The notes: generated by a model from the letters alone, not told the origin. Positions 38,339 to 51,301 are shown, counted from the first letter of the stretch. The stretch is DNA of 56,552 bases from Thelocarpon superellum (GCA_026025795.1 JAPEUG010000072.1:1-56552); one strand, 5' to 3'. Program-made: numbers and translations.

Positions 38339-39451
38339 ATGTCGTGGGCCGGTGCGTCGGTGTCGCATGAGCAGCACGACGGACGCTGACCAGGACAGGC
38401 TTCAAGAAAAATGTCAACCGCGCGACGACGCAGGTGATGATGAAAACGGGTGAGTGTGGCGGCGGACGGTGGTGCGCGGGTCAGTGCGAGAGAGGCTGAC
38501 TGGGTGCTTGTTGAGGTCATGTGGAGAAGACCAACGATCGTGACTACGAAGTCGAGGAGCGGTACGGATGCGAAGGATGTGGCTGACGACAAGATTGTCG
38601 TGGCTGATGCTCTCGCAGGAGGTATCGGACGATGGAATCGGCAGCCAATCGACTACAAAAGGAGGCCAAGGGTTATCTGGATTCGTTGCGAGGTGTGCCC
38701 ACCGACCTTCACCGGCTGCGTCCGACGATCACAGCGCTGACGGGAGGTAGCCATGACGGCATCGCAAATGCGGATTGCGGAGACGATCGATGCTTTCTAT
38801 GGGGACGCAGGAACCAAGGATGGCGTGTCCCGATCATACAAGCAAGCGGTGGAGGATCTGGACGCGGAGACGATCAAGGCGCTGGATGGGCCGTACCGGT
38901 GGGTGGGGCGGGTGAAGATGGCGATGCCAGGGCTGATTCGATGATAGGACGACGGTGCTGGAGCCCATCTCCAAGTTCTGCGCATACTTTCCCGACATCA
39001 ACGAATGTGAGTGGGACGATGGAGTGTTCAGAGGCGCGCGAGACTGAGTCGGGCAGGTATCAAAAAACGAAACCACAAGCTCCTGGACTACGATGCGATG
39101 CGGGCCAAAGTCAAGAAGTTGGCGGAGAAGCCAGACAAGGACGTGACGAAGCTGCCGCGGGCGGAGAAGGAGGCGGAGATGGCCAAAGTGGCCTACGAGC
39201 AACTCAACGAGCAACTCTACACGGAGATTCCGCAACTCATCGACCTCCGCGTGCCATACCTCGACCCCAGCTTCGAGGCGCTGGTCAAGATCCAGCTACG
39301 GTTCTGCGCGGAAGCATACTCTCGCATGGCGCAGGTACAACAGTACCTCGACGCCGACACACGAGATCAGTACGCGCAGGGTCAACTGGACAGTCGCGTG
39401 GAGGAAGTGTTGCAAGAGATTCGGGATCTGAGCATTGCAGGGACAGTGTAG
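38339..39451 (+). CDS. RVS161: BAR-domain amphiphysin Rvs161/Hob3 (7 exons)
   Basis: MSWAGFKKNVNRATTQVMMKTG, LQKEAKGYLDSLRAMTASQ, IKKRNHKLLDYDA and LIDLRVPYLDPSFEALVKIQLRFC. Confidence 0.96.
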
Positions 39452-39793
39452 TCGGCGTTGGGTCATTTTCAGCACGGTGACAATATGTCGATTAATTGAC
39501 TGGGCATGGCACCGTCACCGTTAAACCTCTAGGTTGCGATGGTCTCCGCTTAGGGAGGGGGGTCGCGGGGTGTAGGCGAGACTGAGGACTACGCGGCGCA
39601 CAGCGCACAGCGCACAGCCAAATTACTAATGCGGCCGCCGCAGCTTCTGGCAAGGCGACAAAGACGGCGTAGCAGAGAAGGATGGCATGAGTCAGGGGTG
39701 AATGGGCAGATTCTTGGACATGCTTTAAGAGAGCAACGCAGCACAGGATTCACTTGCTCCCTCCCACCTGATTTGCTCTCTCCAGACGAGAGA

Positions 39794-40914
39794 ATGGCCG
39801 TTGCGGTCGAGGGCGAAGTGGACGAAGACGAAAAGACGCAGGTGGCAACGGTGGCGGCGGTGGCGGCGGCGGCGGCCAATGACGCACCCACATGCAAGCG
39901 AGAAGATCGAGGACGAGGACGAGTACAGTGGAAGAAGCTCCACAAGCTCAAGCAGCTCGAGCTCCCGGAAGCTGGCGCCATTACGAGTACTACTCCAGAC
40001 ACCCCCGCCACCGTCTCTACCTCCGCCTCCCCGGAGCCCGCTCAAGATCAGCCAAACGAAGCGGTCACCGCATTGGCGGCCACGGCTCGGACGAGTACCA
40101 GAAGGCGTCCTCCGCGGTACGAGAGCATGATCGCTCTTCCCACTTCTTTACCAAGTAAAGCCCAGAGCGCCCGTAGAATACTGGTACGTTTCTCGACTTC
40201 TCTTTCCTGCTCCCTCCACTCCCGCACCTCATCTGGCACGTCTAACGCGCCATGCTTGCTCCATTCAAGGTAGCGTCGATAGGCAATCCCGCACCGTACA
40301 CGCACACGTTGCATTCAGCAGGCCACACGGTACTCCACGCGCTGCGGGTCCAACTGTCCTTTCCGCCCCTCGCGCCAACCCCTCGTCGGTCTGGAGCAGA
40401 CGGCGGCCTGCGCACGTCGACGCCCGACTCGCCCATCACACTATGGCAGAGTCGCAGCCTGATGAATGATAGCGGACGGGGCGTCAAAGCAGCATGGGAA
40501 CATTACAGGCGGGAGAACCACGCCTCGCTCCCCTTCTCTACGGCTACGCGTCACAACGACGAGCTAAACAACGGAGAGGATGAGGAAGGAGAAGAGCAGA
40601 TCATGCTTGTGGTGCTGCACGACGAGCTGGAAGCACCACTCGGCAAGATCAAAGTCCGGCGGCCGGCCAGTGGGAAGAAGGGCGGAGGCGGAGGGGGCAG
40701 TGCAAGAGGCCACAACGGGCTCAAGTCCATCCTGGCCGGCTTGCCTGATCTACGCTTCACGCGGATAGGCGTGGGGATCGGTCGACCGACGAGCCGCGAC
40801 CCGGATGACGTGGCGCGCTATGTCCTGCGGAAGATGACGGCCGCGGAGAAAGAGACGCTGGAAGGGCCGGTGGCGGGCTTGGTACTGCAGGCGTTGCGGG
40901 GACTGTTGAAGTAG
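39794..40914 (+). CDS. PTH1: Peptidyl-tRNA hydrolase (Pth1 family), 2 exons; start codon uncertain (39629, 39794 or 40127)
   Basis: RRIL|VASIGNPAPYTHTLHSAGH, SLMNDSG, VVLHDELE, GSARGHNGLKS and RIGVGIGRP. Confidence 0.85.
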
Positions 40915-41145
40915 TCATAGATGGGGAGGCTCTGTGGATACCCTGCTTGACACGCGGAGGCAGGAGAAGGAAGCACGAAAAGTGCCGGAGTTCAGGATGG
41001 CGCGATGGAAAATAGAGAGATGTACACTGAAGAGATGAGACGAACGCCTGCTGGTTTCCCTGTCCACCCAATCCCACATTTGTCCCACACCCATGCTTCT
41101 CACTTTCTCGTGATTCTTTCCCCCTTGCTTCCCGGTCGCACGCCA

Positions 41146-42849
41146 CTACCCCACGCGCTCCGACCGCTTTGTCACCATCCCGTCCTCCTCCTCGTCACCT
41201 TCATCCCCTTGTTCATCGTCAGACATCAACCCCTCCAGCTCAAACTCCTCCGCGTCACGCACGCGCGTCCCGCCGTCGGCTGCCATGCGGCTTCCGCGCG
41301 TCGCGTGCCCGTTTGCTCGCTGGCTCGTGCCGGATGAGGTGACGTCATTGGCCGTCGTGCTCTTGCTCGTTGGCGCGTTCACTGCGTACAGGTGTACCAG
41401 CATGTTGGCCACTGCGTGATGGATGGATCCATGTTAGTCTTGGCTTCAACGTGCGGAGATGCAGGAGAGGGAGGAGGGCCGTACGCAAAAACATTAAAAA
41501 GGCCATGCTGTACAATATCAAGATATACGATACGTGCGTCACGCCCGCGTCGGAAATCAGCTTCATTTGCTCTTCGGTCGCGCCCATGAAGAGGAAGCCG
41601 GACGCAATTAGGAGCTGTGTCTAGTGTCAGTGCTGCGAAAGTGAGACTGTGGAGTGGGAGGTGCCGTACGAAGGGAGGGAGATTTTGGAAACTGTTCACC
41701 GACGTTCCATCTTCGGATAAGGTGCTCTTGTCTCGCAGCACAAAGGCCACTTCAACCATGCGCGTCAACCCGGCCAACATCAGCGTGTAGCCAAACATCG
41801 AGTGCACCTTGGCCGAGAGAGGGAGGTGTTGCGGGTGGGCGGACATGGCCCAGCCCGTGAGGAAGATGACCAGGGCCGGGATGAGGTTGCGTTTGGGTCC
41901 GCCGTCACGCCGTCGACTGAGCCAGATGCCCACCAGGCCGGCACACCACCAGATGATGCCCATCGACGTGTGTTGCAGATCGTTGTGCACCCACGGTCCG
42001 CCCCAGTGATGTTCCGTAAACGTGTTGACGATTCCCCACGCCGTGATGAAGGCCGAGTCGAAGAACTCTTGCGATCGACCCGTCCGCTTCAGCCACGACT
42101 GGCCCACCAGCATCATGATGATCAAGACGATGCCGTATCCGATAAAGGCACTGCCCATGATGAAGTGCGCCAGACATTGACCGAGGTGGTCGGCCTGGCA
42201 GAACCCGAGCGCCGTGATGCCCCCAAAGAGCATCTGCACCCAGCTGGCCACGGGCAGCACCTTGCCCACCACTCCATGGCCGATGACCACCCATTTCCGG
42301 AGGGGCGTGTGGAAGCCCCGGCTCAGATGTAGGCGCAGGTAGACCCCCAACAGGATTTGGACCAACAGCATCAGCATGAGGCTAGACGCAAAACTGGCGT
42401 GGATGTTGGGCGCGAATTGCCGTCCGCCATGGCTATGACCCAGGAAGTAGCCTAGGATGGCCAGGATGATGCCGCCCACCTGGACGGGCACATGCCACCG
42501 CGAGCGGATGATCTGATCACCTTGTCAGCCGGGATCGATGAGGCCAGGTCAGTGCCCCGAGCTCACCCCCAGGACCATCCCCGCGGGGAAGACGATGCCA
42601 AACGCCAGGAGCTGCGTGGTGATGTGGATCCATAGGATCGTGTCCTGGGCTGCGTCAGTCGTGCAATCACCGGCTCCATCGGCCATGACATACGATTGCT
42701 TCCGCCGACACGACCTCGCCCTCGGGGATATCGGCGGTGTCGTGTTCGTGTGCGCGGACCAGCGGAAGGGCGCCGAGGAGGGCCACGGCCGCGGTCACGG
42801 CGTAGGCCCACGCCAGAGCCATGGGTCGAGGAATGGCCGCGGACATCAT
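41146..42849 (-). CDS. YTP1: Ytp1-like polytopic membrane protein (5 exons)
   Basis: Signal peptide, DTILWIH, GHSHGGRQF, GQCLAHFIMGSAFIGYG, NTFTEHHWG, DLQHTSMG and GWAMSAHPQ. Confidence 0.85.
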
Positions 42850-43343
42850 CCACGGAGACATCGACAGACTGCGTACGCAGGGCTGGCGGCTCGACCCAGT
42901 ACTACTAGAGTCGATTGCACAACCTAGGCACTCGGTCCTTTTCTCCAAGGGTCCGGCATACGTGGAACGTGGGCGACCAGGAGGGAATAGAACAAAGTAC
43001 CTCCAACTGTCTCGGGGGCCGCGTTTTGGCGACAGTACGGGTGACTAAGTGCAACAGCACCGGATGAACGCCATTCACTCTCATCACCAACATGACCTTA
43101 CCACCATCTCATCACTTCCGCCTCCATCGAAATGATTATCCGTCCGAGAAGACGACGGTCGGTCCTAGACTGACCCCATCGTGAAGACCGCTGGACTACC
43201 TGCCTGGCTTCTTCGGCCGTCCTACCGCTGCAAGAGGGTCGCCCGGTGCATCGGCGCTGAGCGCTCAGCCCACTCGTCCACACCCGTCTTACGCTCTTCA
43301 TCGCGGTCGGACGGACGGGCCGACCGCGGCCACACCGTCCTCA

Positions 43344-45366
43344 ATGCCTCTCCTCAAGCTCAGTCCGCTGCAGTCGCGCTTCGCCGCCTCCTTTGCCGCG
43401 TCCGTAGTGCTCGTCCTGCTCTACGTCGTCCTCTTCAACCCCCAATTCGCTTATGCCACCGGATCGATCGAGCATGTGGATCACAACCACCGCCGGTTAG
43501 AGGTAGACGAGGTCGGGATGGTCGGAGATGAGGCGCAGGAGGTCGTGTTGGGCTCGACATACTATCAGCCGGACTTTCACGGCGTGGATCGGGACATCAT
43601 CGGACGCGCGGCCTCGGACGTTACGTCGCTCGACAACAATGCCGCGGGCAGTTTGGACCTCTCGGGGGGATCGGTGCAGAATTGGGTCTTTTCGCGAAGC
43701 ACGGTGTTGGGCCCGAAATCTCCTGCGACGCCTGGCTTACCGCCGACGCTCTGGCGCCGCGAGACGGACGAGAGCGTGATGGGCGAGGGCGGAGATGGGC
43801 TGAGTGGTCCGCACCTCATCAGCCAGGCGGCGGTGGAGAGAAGACAACAGAATGCAGCGACGGTCTACATCACCCTGAACACCTGCACGCAGCCCACGGG
43901 CGGCGGGAGCCCGCCGCCGCAGCTGCAGCTCTTTGTCTCGCAATCCACGAGCAACTCCAAGCCAGGTCCCGGAGGCGCATCGGATCAACAGGTCGAGGTG
44001 CCTGTCGACCAGGGCTTTGCCTCCTACACCTTGAACGCGACGGGAGATGTGTATATTGGCGTGGCGGCGCCGTCGGTGGGATCGACATTCACCGGATCCT
44101 ACAATTACGAGGTGGCGGCGTCGATCGATGCACCCTATCACTCCATCAACGCGAGCGACCCCAATCTCCTGTTCGTCGATAGCGACGTCAACTCAGCCTT
44201 GTTGATCACGCGCAACCTGACGGACGCCACGGCGTCATCGAACCCCGACGTGTTCGGACAATGGGTGAACCTCTCCCCCCCCTTTGTCATGTTCGCCAAC
44301 GACGCCAAGGACACGTCGATCCAGGGCATGACCAACTCCTTCTGCGGCCTCAGCAAGCACGCGCAGATCTCCACCAGCCAGAACGGCACCATCAACGCCA
44401 CGATGATCACGCGCGGCCAGGACAACAAGCCCAAGGAGCAGTTCCACGTCGGCTCGCTGAACCGCACGACCACGTACCTGGGCATCCTCGCGATGGCGGG
44501 CAACTCTACCGCCGCGGGGACGGGCGTGGTCGGAGGCGGCGGCAAGGTATGGCAGGTGATGAACTTTACCACCAAGTCCGGTATGTCCACCATCCTCATC
44601 CTCGCCCTCAGCCGCACCTCCGTCTCGCCGGGATCATCACTGACAGGCATGACACGCACCAGACGACAACTGCCAGCTGATCTACGACCTGCCCTTCTGC
44701 TCCGACGTGGCATACGCGGTACCGTCGAACCCGACGAACCAATCGCTGGTCGCGAACCTCTCGACCTACTACGACAACTACACCGCAAGCCTGATGTCGA
44801 ACTTCACCGACACGCTCGCAATCGTCGCATGCGAGGCGGCGCCGCTCGAGCAATTCTCCCTGGCACGCACATGCCAAGACTGCTCGCACGCATACAAAAC
44901 CTGGCTCTGCGCCGTGACGATCCCACGGTGCGCCGACTTCTCGTCTCCGCAGCCCTATCTCCGCCCTCGCAACGTCGCCGCCCACTTCGTCGACGGCTCT
45001 CCTCCTCCCGTGCCCACCACCCAAGCCGAGCTCGACAACGTCGCGAGCGCCTTCGGCAACCAGTCGCGCAACCCTTTCATTGACACGGCCATCAAGCCCG
45101 GGCCCTACAACGAGCTTCTCCCCTGCGACGATCTGTGCTTCAATCTCGTCCAGTCCTGCCCTGCCGCTCTCCAGTTCACCTGTCCCCTGCTGGGCAAGGG
45201 ACTCGAGTATAGCTACGGCTTTCGCAGCGACCAGGGCGAGATCACGTGTAACTTCCCCGGCGCCGCTCGCTTCCTTAGTCCTGCCGCACGGGCGACTTCC
45301 TCGGCCGGCCTGGTCGTGGCTTGTGTCGCTGCGGCGGCGGTCGTGGTGGCGACGAGTGTGCTGTGA
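43344..45366 (+). CDS. MID1: Mid1 calcium-channel accessory subunit (2 exons)
   Basis: MPLLKLSPLQSRFAAS, VYITLNTCTQP, NCQLIYDLPFCSDVAYAVP, CSHAYKTWLCAVTIPRC, SRNPFID and ELLPCDDLCFNLVQSCPAALQFTCP. Hydrophobic C-terminus. Confidence 0.93.
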
Positions 45367-45597
45367 TGAGTTTGAGCGCTGCCGCGTCTTTGTTTTTTCC
45401 CCGTTTTGTCTGCATCGCGTGCGGGATACGGTGTATCGGTTCTGGGATGTATGTATGGATGTACGGATGGGACGGGGTTGGTGGAACAAGATGGGTTTAT
45501 TGGAATGATGCGACACATGAGCGGGGAGGGAGCGGAGGATGCGATGAGGAGAAAATAGACATGAAGGACCCAGACCCTGTATGCGCCTCCCCTGGAG

Positions 45598-47911
45598 TCA
45601 ACCTATCTCTTGTGGAACGACCTCCTGCCCCGCACGACCCAAGGCATCGCGAAACAGCGCACGGCACGGAACACGGCTCCCGAGTCTCGCACAGAGGAGA
45701 AAGGCCCCGCTGAGCTTGCGGTGCAGACTGTATGTTTCTTCCGGCGGCGGGGCCAGTCTCTCCCTGATCATGACGGGGATCAGGGCTTTGACTCGCTCTG
45801 TGATGCTCTGGTTGGCGAAATCGTAGAGTTCTTCTTCTTCTACTCCCTCGTCTTTCCCCTCGTTTCCCTTTCCTTGCCCGCGTGGAGAGGCAAATGGCTC
45901 GGCGAGCGTCAGGACGGACGAAATGTGCGCGTTGAGCATCGCTGTTGTTTCGTGGCCCGTCAGATATCCCAGCTGAATGGACAGTTCACGGCACGCCTCG
46001 CGATCGCCGCGGGACGCCGCCTCCAGGAGACGAATGTAGGGCTGGATGAAGTCCGGCGGGTATTCGCGTGACGCGCCAAAGTCCAACAGCTCTAGGCGCT
46101 GCGTCTCGGCGTTGAACAGGAAGTTAGTCCAATTGGGATCGGTCTGCATGAAGTGGAACTCGGTGATCTCGCGCAGACAGAGGCGGAGGATCTGCGTTCC
46201 GATCCAGTCACGTTGCTCCTGGCTGAGATGCTGCATCTTCGTCACGCCCATGCCTTCCATGCGCTCCATCGTCAGCACCTGCTGCCCGCTGGCCTCGCCG
46301 ATGATGCGCGGGACCACGAAGACGTCGGCATCGTCGTGGAGCAAGTCGCGGAAACGCCGTCCACATTGTGCTTCTCGCTCGTAGTCGCATTCCCATGCTA
46401 GTTCCGTGCGCGCGTTGGCGATGGTCTTGTCGAGGTAGAGGCCCTTGGGCAGCAATCGCGAGGCGTTCAGGAGGAGCGCCAGATTGCTCAGGTCGGAGTC
46501 GATCGAGTTGGCCACTCCGGGATATTGCACCTTGACCGCGACCCGCTGCCCCGTGGATGCCAGTACCGCGCCATGGACCTGGCCGATGGATGCCGCGGCC
46601 ATGGGTACGTCGTCAAAAGAGCTGAACAAGTCGCGCCACGAGCTCCCCAGGTTGTCCGTGAGCACTTGGTCGCGCTGCCATGCTGGCATGTAGTCGGCTC
46701 GATCCTGCACTCGCTGCAGCACTTCTTGGATGGGTGCGGGAAGCATCTTGGAGTCTATGCACAGTCAGATGGCTTCGCCTCAACGAGCGCTGCATCCGGC
46801 TGACCTTGGAAGCTCATCATCTGCCCTAGCTTCAGTGCTGCCCCCCTCATCCGCGATAGCTTCGCTACGAGACGGTCCATGTTCCCGGCGCTGAGCATCA
46901 GTGATCCGCCAGTGTCCGCTGGTGCCCCTCCCGTGGCCCTTCGCACGCTCTCACTAACGGCCCCAAAGGCCATGCCCGTGGCCAACTCGCCATACTGCCA
47001 TAACCGACCGAGTCGTGACGATGGCACGCGAGACTCATGCATCTGGTATGGAATTACTCTTGAGCGGTCCTTTGGCGCGCCGGTGTCCTACGTGGCAGCT
47101 GTCAGCAATCAGTATCGGACGTCGGAAGAGGTACGGCACGTCGCACCTCCGACCTTGTTGCCGACTCCACATCTCGAGCAACAGCTGCAGCGAGCTCCTT
47201 GACCTCCTCTCTCTTGACCTCTCCTGATTCGGGTTTGCTCGGCTTCTCGGTGGTAGCAGGTCGAGGCGTCACCCCTTCCGTCCGCAGAACACGGGTCGTC
47301 TCTGGTGGTGTGTCTTGGCCAAGCTTGAACCTGTACTCTATCTCCAGATCTGACGGCTTCTGCTTCCCTCCGAGTAGCTTGGATGTGCGTGGGCTGTAAA
47401 AGACGTCGGTATTCACATCCTCCGGCGTGGGTCCGCCCTCAGACTCCGCCTTTCTCTCCGACGAAGCTACCGATGAATAGTACTCCTCCGCGTTGATCTG
47501 CTCGGTATTGACGGGCCCATCATCTGCCTGTGATTCCTCGGTGATCTTGGGAACTCGAACTGGTGGCTGACTTGAGACGTTACTTGATGCCGGGGCGGGA
47601 CGGTGGTAGAAGACGTCGGCGTCATGACCATCTGGAGCGGCTTCGTCGGAAGGCGGGTCGGCAGTTGTGGACGGGATGGGAGAGGTGGCTTTCGCTTGTG
47701 TGTGGGGGGGGTGCGACGATGCTGGTATCCGTGTGGTTTGGGAAGAGAGATCCTGAGTTCGTGGAGACGGCTCTCGTTGAATTGCTTTGGTGAGGGAGGA
47801 GGTCTTAGTGTAGAGGTCGACTTGGGACGAGCGCAAGGCCAGATGTTGGCGGGCCACGCCGCGTGAGGCATTGACCAGGGCCGCCAGGTCTAGCAATCGT
47901 CTCCCGTTCAT
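45598..47911 (-). CDS. COQ8: Mitochondrial ABC1-family atypical kinase Coq8 (3 exons)
   Basis: ESRVPSSRLGRLWQYG, KLSRMRGAALKLGQMMS, AAASIGQVH, VKVQYPGV, MQTDPNWTNF, LLDFGA and PPPEETYSLHRKLSG. Confidence 0.95.
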
Positions 47912-48234
47912 CCTGACATATCCCGGACATGATTACGCATATGGAACAGCTGGGGGGGACATGGTTATCCGGGGACGTCGTCGATCATCGGGAGAGCCCC
48001 AGAGCTTGAAATGTTGGCCGGGAAGTGCCGATGGAGGCGAGTTGAAGTTTGGTGGACAGACAAGCGAGGCACGACGTCATCAAGTCGAATCGGTCATTGA
48101 TGGACTACGGAGGAGCAGACGGACAGCACAGCGATCGATGGTACGGTATTGGAGAACGGCGTGGTATGTTAATAACTAGTAGTTACGCCTAACCTTCCCA
48201 TACTCCGTAAGTCCCGCCACCCCTACCCCAGCGC

Positions 48235-49635
48235 CTACTCCTTCCCTTTCTGAACCGCCCGGGGCGTCGGAGTCCACCGATGTCGTAGACCGGATGGCTT
48301 GGACTTCCCCGGCGTGCCGGTATTCGAACCGAACATGCCTGTGGCCCCGCGGGACCCCGGACTGCCCATCTTGGTCCACAATCGTTGTGCAGCCGGCGTC
48401 AGATTCGTCCCCACCCTGGGACTACTGACGAATTTGGGGACCGGCGTGGTCGAGCGCGACGAGCTTCCCGCAGCGCCGGGGTGTGGCGACGGTCGGTTGT
48501 TCTTGGCCACGCGATCGACCATGCGACGGTGCAGCGATTCTCGTTGACTCGCCTCCTTGATCTTGAAGGGATTCGGTGTGGCGTCGCCTGTGCCCAGGAG
48601 GAGCGGGGTGTGGCTCAGCTCGGCCGGCGTCGGCTCCTCGTCCACAAAGGCGTATCCATTCACGCGAGGCGTCTCACCTCCGGAGAAGCCCGGTTCCGAC
48701 GCCGTCGGCCGCGATCGGCCGGCGATGGCGTCGCGCACGGCCGAGAGGGAGGGCGAGGATGGCGTGGTGGACGACGCTTCGGCCGCGGGGGCCGGTAGTC
48801 TCGTGTTGTTGTAAATGACGGCCTTAGGTGGGGCTCTGGATGACGCTTCCGCCGCTTGCTGCACCGTCTGTAGCTCGTCCTCGATCCCGTCGGGCTCGAA
48901 CATGAGCTGGTTGTCCGCCTTCGCCTTCCATCCATCAGGCATGGCCTTGCGTACGTCGGGGGCCTCGATGACCGCAACCGCTCGGCCCGCATCTCCGTTC
49001 TCGCCCGCGCCCTCCTTTTCGGCCGCCAGCCGCGCCTGTCGTTCTCGGTATTTGATCTGCCGTGGGGCCGGGATCTTGTTCCCCGCCCACAGCCAGGCAT
49101 ATCTCTCGGCCCGCGTGCGATTTTGCTTGTCGAGCAGTTGGTTGAAGCTCTCGTTGTCCTCGCTGGTGTACTTGGCCTGAAAGGCGTCCAGGCTCATGTG
49201 GATGTCGACCTGGGGCTGCGGCGGCCCCGTCGACACACTGGTCGTGGACAGGGGCGACGCCATGGACAACGGCGTGTCGCCCGCAAAGCCCCGCGGAGTC
49301 TCGGGCCGCTGCGATGGGGCCAGCGACGTCGCCCGCCGTCCCCGTCGTGGGCCGGGCGTCATGACTTCGGTCAACTTCCGCCCCGCACTCGAGATCCACT
49401 CACGATCACGCGACTCCAGGGCGTCGAGGTACTCTTGCTGCGTGCGCGTCTCCAACAGTCCCGGAAAGAAGTCCCGTGCGATGATGTCGGAGATGGCGTC
49501 GGTGTAGGTGTCTTCGTCCAGCACCGTGGCCGGCCGCTTGATCCGCTTGCTTGGTGGCGGCATCAGCTGCGTCTCCGCCGAGCGCCGCGTGAGCGCCAGC
49601 GCCTGCGCTTGCGGGTGCGACTGTTGTGACGACAT
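48235..49635 (-). CDS. Nuclear/spliceosomal protein Es2 (DGCR14/ESS2/Bis1 family), intronless
   Basis: VLDEDTYTDAISDIIARDFFPGL, SLDAFQAKYTSEDNESF, ETPRVNGYAFV, FKIKEASQRESLHRRM and LTPAAQRL. Confidence 0.9.
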   Translation of the reverse strand: MSSQQSHPQAQALALTRRSAETQLMPPPSKRIKRPATVLDEDTYTDAISDIIARDFFPGLLETRTQQEYLDALESRDREWISSAGRKLTEVMTPGPRRGRRATSLAPSQRPETPRGFAGDTPLSMASPLSTTSVSTGPPQPQVDIHMSLDAFQAKYTSEDNESFNQLLDKQNRTRAERYAWLWAGNKIPAPRQIKYRERQARLAAEKEGAGENGDAGRAVAVIEAPDVRKAMPDGWKAKADNQLMFEPDGIEDELQTVQQAAEASSRAPPKAVIYNNTRLPAPAAEASSTTPSSPSLSAVRDAIAGRSRPTASEPGFSGGETPRVNGYAFVDEEPTPAELSHTPLLLGTGDATPNPFKIKEASQRESLHRRMVDRVAKNNRPSPHPGAAGSSSRSTTPVPKFVSSPRVGTNLTPAAQRLWTKMGSPGSRGATGMFGSNTGTPGKSKPSGLRHRWTPTPRAVQKGKE

Positions 49636-50078
49636 CTTAAGGCGCGACGTATGGTCGTTTCGCCTCTCGATCCACCACCGGGTCGAGGTGCGACGAGGTG
49701 GCGGCGGGCAAGACCAGGTGCTGAGCAGTTGATCGTGAGCAAAACCCATCAAAAGTGACTCTGCTGTCCCTCCCTAAGCCGAGCCCGGTTAAGGTTATCG
49801 GAAGGGGCTGGCTTAGGTAAGGCCCCACGGTTCTACCGAACGTGGGCGCGCTCAGGTGTCTCAACTGGAGCTGTCCGTGTACTCATGTGAAGCACCACGC
49901 CTAGGCGCAGACTGTGGGAGCTCCCCCACAATGTTGAGGTGATGGCACATGGCTCTCTCCCTTTGCCACGCCTGGTGAACGAGTCTTAATGAGACAATCT
50001 GGTACTCGCTCGACAACATGGATTCTACGATGGTAATAGGCATGACCCAACTGCAGGTACAGGGCAGAGCCGACCAAC

Positions 50079-50107
50079 AAGGGCAGATCCTAGAAGGATC
50101 TGCCCTT
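50079..50107. repeat. Perfect 13-bp inverted repeat with 3-nt loop (aagggcagatcct-aga-aggatctgccctt)
   Basis: Read directly in intergenic DNA. Confidence 0.9.
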
Positions 50108-50921
50108 TATTATTGGCGTTGAATCGAGCGAGTGGCGCTTAGTAAGCAAGGCTCTTCGTTTTGTTACATGATTCAGTCACCCCCGTTCGAGTCGTTGTCG
50201 TCTCGTCCACATGCTCGGCCCCTCGGCTTCGATCAAAGTTTGTTCCCAAGACAGCTGATGGCAACGCTCAACGAAGGTGCTAATGGACGAGCTTCTGGTT
50301 CTGTGTAGCCTCCACATGCCTAGCAATCCCGTCACTCGAACTTCTATTGGCCAACGCAGCAAAAGGATGTCATGTTATTGGTTCTTCCCTTCTTCCTTCA
50401 TCGCTTGGATTCTATATTCCCCTAAACGTGATGCGGAATGGCGACCTGTCAACTAAATGCCCAGCCGGTATCCGGCATCGAATCTATCATGTACCTCCCC
50501 GGCTGATGGCTTCGTGCCTTCCGACGATGCTCCTCTCGCAACATGTCTGCACCACGGGCCGCACGGCTAGGCCGCCTTCCATATCAAGAGCCGTCAATGA
50601 TGAGTGCCATCTGGGTACGGAAGCTCCCAGGTGCCACCGGACCCTGCACGTCTTTCATCCCTGCTTCCCCGCACGTCGGTTGTCTTCCTCACATGAGATG
50701 GCCTCGCGCTGGGTGGGTTAGACGCGGGTGGGGATCGACGATGATCCGTGGTGCGTGGAGATGAGGAAGGTGTGGCACGAGGATAAAACGCGGCTTCGTC
50801 CTGTCTTACTCGACTTCAGCTCTATCCCGTCAAGACTCAATCCACTCTGTCTCTATCCAAGCTCATCTCCTCCACCTCCACTTCGTAGAATCTTCCAACC
50901 GTAATCAACTTTCAATTCAAG

Positions 50922-51301
50922 ATGAAGTTTTCCACCGCCATCTTCCAGGGTACGTGGACATCATCCCCCACCCTTCCCGTCCGGCTCATTTGGGCGAGGA
51001 GCGCCGTGCGCCAAGGGGCAATCAGGCGTCCAAGTTACTCATGACGTACGTAGGTCTCCTCCTGGCCATCACGGTCCCCGGGCTCATGGCCAGTCCCACC
51101 CAGACCGACTCGATCGACACGGGATTGCTGCAGAAGCAGTTCAACAACGGCAAGTTCCTCGAATGTGTCGCCGACTTTCAGGACTACCCGGTGTGCATTC
51201 TTGCGCTCAACTGCAACGCCGACGACTCGTGGAGCTTCCGGAACCCCTTGGCCCAGGCATTGGCTGGCAATAAATGCGACAACTGCCACTGTTTGGATTA
51301 A
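50922..51301 (+). CDS. Small secreted cysteine-rich protein (91 aa, 6 Cys), 2 exons
   Basis: MKFSTAIFQG|LLLAITVPGLMASP signal peptide across intron 50950-51053 (GTACGT..TAG). Ends KCDNCHCLD. Confidence 0.75.

Noticed and set aside
27174..45366. CaMKK, Hal4 kinase and Mid1 as an ion-signalling cluster
   Set aside because: They are widely spaced among unrelated genes; chance co-location suffices.
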